A stretch of DNA of 64,000 nt from Methanobacteriota archaeon (lineage in GTDB: Archaea > Halobacteriota > Bog-38 > Methanoflorentales > Methanoflorentaceae): NCBI GenBank assembly GCA_963720465.1, contig OY970393.1, positions 2,176,001 through 2,240,000 of the forward strand. The letters run 5' to 3'. The position numbers were made by a program, and so were the translations under genes. The notes beneath the pieces were generated by a model. The model searched no databases, was not told the DNA's origin, and saw only the letters and a list, made by a program, of their open reading frames with translations. Every line of letters begins with the position of its first letter. The stretch's first letter is position 1. This document shows positions 59,536 through 64,000 of this stretch, piece after piece.

Positions 59536-60075
59536 GTGGCTGAGGCCCGTGCGGAACAACAGCAAACTGATAACCCTATGACAAAGCCGACGCTTGACAA
59601 GGTGACCGTCCACATAAGTGTCGGTGAGGGGGGCCAAAAGCTAATCAACGCGGAGAATATCGTAAAAACTCTTACCGGGCAAGCCACGGTGCGGACGTCC
59701 GCAAAGAAGACTCAACCAATATTTGGGATAAGAAAGGGACAAGCAATAGGATGCAAAACGACTCTGCGAAGAGAACGAGCGAGCGCGTTTCTTCACAGCG
59801 CCCTTGAAACTAGGCAGAATTTCGTGCACGAGTTTCAGTTTGATGAGACCGGCAACGTGTCATTCGGCATCGTCGATCACACGGATTTCCCAGGAATGAC
59901 CTATGATCCCCAAATAGGCATATTTGGCATGGACGTAATTGTATCACTTAAGAAGCCAGGCTATCGCGTCGCTCGGCGTCGTGCGGCGCAACGTCGCGTT
60001 CCCATTCGACATCGAGTGACGCGTGAGCAGGCAATTTCTTTCCTTCAAGACAATTATAACGTGGTGTTGGGATAA
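59536..60075 (+). CDS. rpl5: 50S ribosomal protein L5
   Basis: [29 protein letters not shown]. Confidence 0.98.
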   Translation: MAEARAEQQQTDNPMTKPTLDKVTVHISVGEGGQKLINAENIVKTLTGQATVRTSAKKTQPIFGIRKGQAIGCKTTLRRERASAFLHSALETRQNFVHEFQFDETGNVSFGIVDHTDFPGMTYDPQIGIFGMDVIVSLKKPGYRVARRRAAQRRVPIRHRVTREQAISFLQDNYNVVLG

Positions 60076-60218
60076 TGGCTGAAAAAAAACGCCGTGAGGC
60101 CCATGAATGCAGACGCTGTGGACGCAAGCAAGGACTCGTCACGAAGTACGAGATATACCTCTGTCGACAATGCTTCCGAGAGATCGCCAGCGACATGCAG
60201 TTTGAGAAGTATAACTGA
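60075..60218 (+). CDS. rps14: 30S ribosomal protein S14 (Zn-binding; below the ORF-track size cutoff)
   Basis: Manual translation [47 protein letters not shown]. Confidence 0.96.
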   Translation: MAEKKRREAHECRRCGRKQGLVTKYEIYLCRQCFREIASDMQFEKYN

Positions 60219-60229
60219 GGTAATGTGCC

Positions 60230-60622
60230 ATGGTTCTATTAGATCCGCTCGCGAACGCTCTTTCAGCGATCAAGAACGCCGAAGGCGTCGGTAAGAGAGA
60301 ATGCTGCGTCAAGCCCGTATCAAAGCTTATCGGTAACGTGCTTCGCGTCATGCAGCAAGGGAACTACATAGGTGATTTTGAGCTCATCGAAGACGGGAAA
60401 ACCGGCGTATTCAAGATCGAGCTGCTCGGTAATATCAACCGATGTGGCGCGATCAAACCGCGAAGTTCTGTTCAAACAACTGACCTCGAGAGATGGGAAC
60501 AGCGGTATTTGCCGGCGCGCAACTTTGGTTTCCTGATACTGACAACGTCTGCTGGGATAATAACTCACGTGAAAGCACGAGAACGGGGTATCGGAGGGAA
60601 ACTAATAGCGTACTGCTACTAG
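60230..60622 (+). CDS. rps8: 30S ribosomal protein S8
   Basis: DPLANAL, GAIKPR, YLPA, LTTSAG, GGKLIAY. Confidence 0.98.
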   Translation: MVLLDPLANALSAIKNAEGVGKRECCVKPVSKLIGNVLRVMQQGNYIGDFELIEDGKTGVFKIELLGNINRCGAIKPRSSVQTTDLERWEQRYLPARNFGFLILTTSAGIITHVKARERGIGGKLIAYCY

Positions 60623-60632
60623 GTGGTAACCC

Positions 60633-61178
60633 ATGGTCCAAGTAATTGAAAAAGAGGTTCCGGTTGCTGACGGCGTCCGGGTTGAAGTTCACAACGGAAC
60701 GGTGAGAGTAGAAGGCCCACGCGGAACACTCGAACGCGACCTGTGGTACCCAAGTATCGACATACGCGCTGAGCCAGATAAGGTGTACGTCGGGACCACC
60801 CTCGACAAGAAGACTCAGAAATCGATCGTAGGCACTTACGCCTCTCACATCGCTAACATGGTCACAGGGGTAACCGAAGGGTTTCAATACAAGCTGAAAC
60901 TAGTATACTCACATTTTCCTATTCAAGTCAAGGTAGAAGGGAAAGTCGTATCGATCGAGAACTTTTTGGGTGAACGAAAGCCCCGAACCGCTAGAGTCAT
61001 GGGGGACTCTCTCGTTGCTATTCAGGGCGACGAGCTAATCGTTACCGGCATCGATAAAGAACACGTAGGCCAAACCGCTGCGAACATCGAGCAAGCGACT
61101 CGGATCAAGGGGCGTGACCCGCGCGTGTTTCAAGACGGCATCTACCTCATTGAAAAGGGTGTCGAGGCAAGCACATGA
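60633..61178 (+). CDS. rpl6: 50S ribosomal protein L6
   Basis: YSHFPI, NFLGE, DPRVFQDGIY. Confidence 0.98.
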   Translation: MVQVIEKEVPVADGVRVEVHNGTVRVEGPRGTLERDLWYPSIDIRAEPDKVYVGTTLDKKTQKSIVGTYASHIANMVTGVTEGFQYKLKLVYSHFPIQVKVEGKVVSIENFLGERKPRTARVMGDSLVAIQGDELIVTGIDKEHVGQTAANIEQATRIKGRDPRVFQDGIYLIEKGVEAST

Positions 61179-61780
61179 AGGCTTTGAATGAGATGAATGA
61201 CACTGAAATTAAAGCGCTCATAGAGGCAGGCTACCGAACGGTGGACGATCTCAAGGGTGTAACAGCGGATGAACTTGCAAACGCAGGCCTCGATGCTGAC
61301 CTTGCACAGCGAGTCGCACAAGAGTCAATTTCATTCAAGCATACAGAGTTCAGCGCCAAACACAGGCATTTGCTCGTCGTTCGTAAGCGGCACGACAAAC
61401 CCTGGTTCAAGCGCGACGACTACGAAAAGAAAAAGAAGCTAAGCTCGAGCTGGAGAAAACCACGCGGACTGTTCAACAAGATGCGGAGGGGGTTTCCAGA
61501 CAAGGGTCCGGTTGTGCAAGTAGGATACGGCGCACCAAGCGCGATAAGGGGCTTCCATCCGTCAGGATTCGAAGAAGTGCTCGTTAACACCCCAGCTGAT
61601 CTGGAAGAGGCGAAGCCAGAGCAAGCTGTCAGAATAGGTCGGACGGTCGGCGCTCGCAAGAAGCAAGTCATTCTCGAGCGGGCGTTTGCCAAGGGCTTGA
61701 AGGTGCTCAATCCCGGACCGAAAGCTCAGATCGCAGACCAACGCGATGAAACGACGGCAACAACGGAGGAGAAGCAGTGA
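61175..61780 (+). CDS. rpl32e: 50S ribosomal protein L32e with an N-terminal helix-hairpin-helix extension
   Basis: WRKPRG, GFHPSG, VLNP core; N-terminal L.EAGY.TVDDL. Confidence 0.96.
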   Translation: MKALNEMNDTEIKALIEAGYRTVDDLKGVTADELANAGLDADLAQRVAQESISFKHTEFSAKHRHLLVVRKRHDKPWFKRDDYEKKKKLSSSWRKPRGLFNKMRRGFPDKGPVVQVGYGAPSAIRGFHPSGFEEVLVNTPADLEEAKPEQAVRIGRTVGARKKQVILERAFAKGLKVLNPGPKAQIADQRDETTATTEEKQ

Positions 61781-62235
61781 CCAGCCTGTCGAACCAAAAG
61801 CGACTCGCTGCTGCGGTGCTTGGTGTTGGGGAAAGCCGGATATGGCTTGACCCGGATAAGCTCACGGACGTCGCAAACGCTATCACCCGTGAAGATGTCC
61901 GCGGGCTCATAAAGGACGGGACCGTGAAATCTAAGCAAGCGCAGGGCGTCAGCCGCGGACGGGCACGCGGGAACGATGCTAAGCGCAAGAAGGGGCATAA
62001 AACCGGCCAAGGGACTCGTAAAGGGGCAAAGAACGCCCGAAGCCCTAGGAAGCAGCTATGGATGCGCAGGATCCGAGCGCAGAGAAGGACGCTGCGCGTC
62101 TTGAGGGACAACAACACGCTCGATCGAGCCACGTATCGTCGCATGTACAGGAAGGCGAAAGGTGGCGAGTATCGAACTGTACATGTACTGAGCACTCAAG
62201 CGGAAATCGCCATGGCCACGCGGAGGCAGAAATAA
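61777..62235 (+). CDS. rpl19e: 50S ribosomal protein L19e
   Basis: QKRLAA, RIWLDP, SRGRAR, YRKAKGG. Confidence 0.98.
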   Translation: MTSLSNQKRLAAAVLGVGESRIWLDPDKLTDVANAITREDVRGLIKDGTVKSKQAQGVSRGRARGNDAKRKKGHKTGQGTRKGAKNARSPRKQLWMRRIRAQRRTLRVLRDNNTLDRATYRRMYRKAKGGEYRTVHVLSTQAEIAMATRRQK

Positions 62236-62816
62236 TGGCGGGTCCGCGGTATCAGGTTCCATTTCGACGTCGGCGAGACGGAAAGACGAACTACCATAAG
62301 CGGTTAGGGTTGATGCTATCGGAACGGCCTCGCGTGGTCGTGCGAAAAACCGGACGCAATTTGATTATGCAGCTTGTCGAACACGGAACTGCGGGGGACA
62401 GGACGTTGACATCTGCAAACGCGCTGGAGCTAAGAAAGCTCGGCTACAAGGGCGCTACCGGGAACACACCTGCTGCGTATTTGACTGGGCTCCTTTTTGC
62501 AAGTCGAGCGCTTGCAGCTGGCCATTCGAAAGGGGTGCTCGATTTGGGACTTAATGCAAATTCACGGGGATCGCGAACGTACGCCGCCTTGTTGGGCGCC
62601 GTTGAAGCGGGGCTAGACATTCCGCACAGTCGTGAGCCGCTTCCTGTGCCTGCCAGGGTGCACGGAGAACATATTGTCGCTTATGCGACCGATAACCCAA
62701 CGCGGTTTTCGCGTTATGGAATAGATCCCAAAGACCTTCCTAACCATATTGATGCGGTGAAGCAACATATAGTCGAGCACGCTGCGCAGGAACAAACAGG
62801 GGCACACAATGGCTGA
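62235..62816 (+). CDS. rpl18: 50S ribosomal protein L18
   Basis: GPRY.VPFRRRR.GKTNY, AAYLTG, GLDIPH. Confidence 0.98.
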   Translation: MAGPRYQVPFRRRRDGKTNYHKRLGLMLSERPRVVVRKTGRNLIMQLVEHGTAGDRTLTSANALELRKLGYKGATGNTPAAYLTGLLFASRALAAGHSKGVLDLGLNANSRGSRTYAALLGAVEAGLDIPHSREPLPVPARVHGEHIVAYATDNPTRFSRYGIDPKDLPNHIDAVKQHIVEHAAQEQTGAHNG

Positions 62817-63426
62817 AATGCAGGGATGGACACCGAAGACGAGATTAGGACGCCTTGTTTATGAGGGCAAAATAACGACGTTCGACGATGCTATAGGCAC
62901 TGGGCATCCGCTAAGGGAACCCGAAATCATTGATGTCCTCTTGCCTGAGCTATCAGACGAGGTCTTAGATATAAATATGGTGCAGCGAATGACGGATTCC
63001 GGTCGGCGCGTGAAGTTTCGAGCCGCGGTGGCAATCGGCAATCGCGATGGATATATAGGCTTCGCCGAAGGCAAGGATCTGCAAGCGGGACCCGCTATAC
63101 GGAACGCAATTGAAACTGCCAAGCTGAACCTCATTAAGATAAATCGCGGGTGTGGCTCGTGGGAATGTGGCTGCGGAGAAGCGCATACCGTTCCTTACAC
63201 CGTGGAAGGTAAAGCGGGCTCCGTAATCGTCGTGCTGAAGCCAGCGCCACGGGGCCTCGGCATAACATCGGGCGGCACGGCGCGGAAAGTGCTTGAGCTT
63301 GCAGGCATCAAAGACGTGTGGACGCGATCGTCAGGGCAAACACGTACGACTATCAACTTTGCTCACGCTACGTTTGAAGCGCTCAAGCGAACAACGACGG
63401 TGCGAATCGGCGGTGGAACGCAATGA
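62809..63426 (+). CDS. rps5: 30S ribosomal protein S5
   Basis: [31 protein letters not shown]. Confidence 0.98.
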   Translation: MAEMQGWTPKTRLGRLVYEGKITTFDDAIGTGHPLREPEIIDVLLPELSDEVLDINMVQRMTDSGRRVKFRAAVAIGNRDGYIGFAEGKDLQAGPAIRNAIETAKLNLIKINRGCGSWECGCGEAHTVPYTVEGKAGSVIVVLKPAPRGLGITSGGTARKVLELAGIKDVWTRSSGQTRTTINFAHATFEALKRTTTVRIGGGTQ

Positions 63427-63884
63427 CGTACGCCGTTGTCAAGATGCGTGGGACGGCAAAGACAAAACCCGACGTGCGGCGCACGCTCGAGTTATTAAAT
63501 CTCAGTAGGACTAATCACTGCGTTCTCGTCGAGGACAACGTGCATTATAACGGCATGCTCCAAAAGGTCAAAGATTATGTAGCTTGGGGCACCATCGACG
63601 GTGAAACCCTCAGTGTGCTGCTTGAATTAAGGGGTGCGCTGGAGGGGCGTTCGAGACTCACTGACGCGCACGTCAAAGAACGCACCGATTTTGATGACAT
63701 ACACTCGCTTGCGACAGCAGTTGCCAGCGGAAAGGCGATGTTGCAGGATGTGCCTGACTTAAAGCCTGTGTTAAGGCTCCATCCGCCTCGCAAAGGTCAC
63801 AGGGGCATAAAAAAACCATTTCCTGAAGGTGTTCTTGGATTTCATGGCAGTGATATCAACGAATTACTTCTCAAAATGAGGTAG
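63423..63884 (+). CDS. rpl30: 50S ribosomal protein L30
   Basis: [21 protein letters not shown]. Confidence 0.98.
   Translation: MTYAVVKMRGTAKTKPDVRRTLELLNLSRTNHCVLVEDNVHYNGMLQKVKDYVAWGTIDGETLSVLLELRGALEGRSRLTDAHVKERTDFDDIHSLATAVASGKAMLQDVPDLKPVLRLHPPRKGHRGIKKPFPEGVLGFHGSDINELLLKMR

Positions 63885-64000
<116 letters not shown>

Overview
Core-genome segment of a Halobacteriota-type euryarchaeon. It is most likely a methanogen, inferred from a complete AksA/D/E/F coenzyme B chain-elongation set, beta-RFAP synthase plus chorismate lyase for methanopterin, an HMf-type histone and a PGF-CTERM protein. Housekeeping content includes purS/purQ, three tRNAs (two with canonical 37/38 introns), aIF5B, S6e, a cluster of RNA-processing and modification genes, and most of the L3 to L15 ribosomal protein operon at the right end. 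No CRISPR array, transposase or integrase was seen. The main leads are: (1) a GT-C/STT3-like membrane glycosyltransferase flanked by three genes that encode its N-terminal, core and C-terminal parts separately; (2) a GT4, deacetylase and archaeosortase locus resembling GPI-like anchor synthesis; (3) a PGF-CTERM surface protein with a CXXCH heme motif; (4) a stand-alone IorA-like TPP enzyme and a Cys-rich protein in the aks cluster, candidates for unassigned coenzyme B steps; (5) a histone variant lacking His49; (6) two single-base frameshifts that are probably assembly errors. All calls come from motif recognition by eye; no database searches were run.
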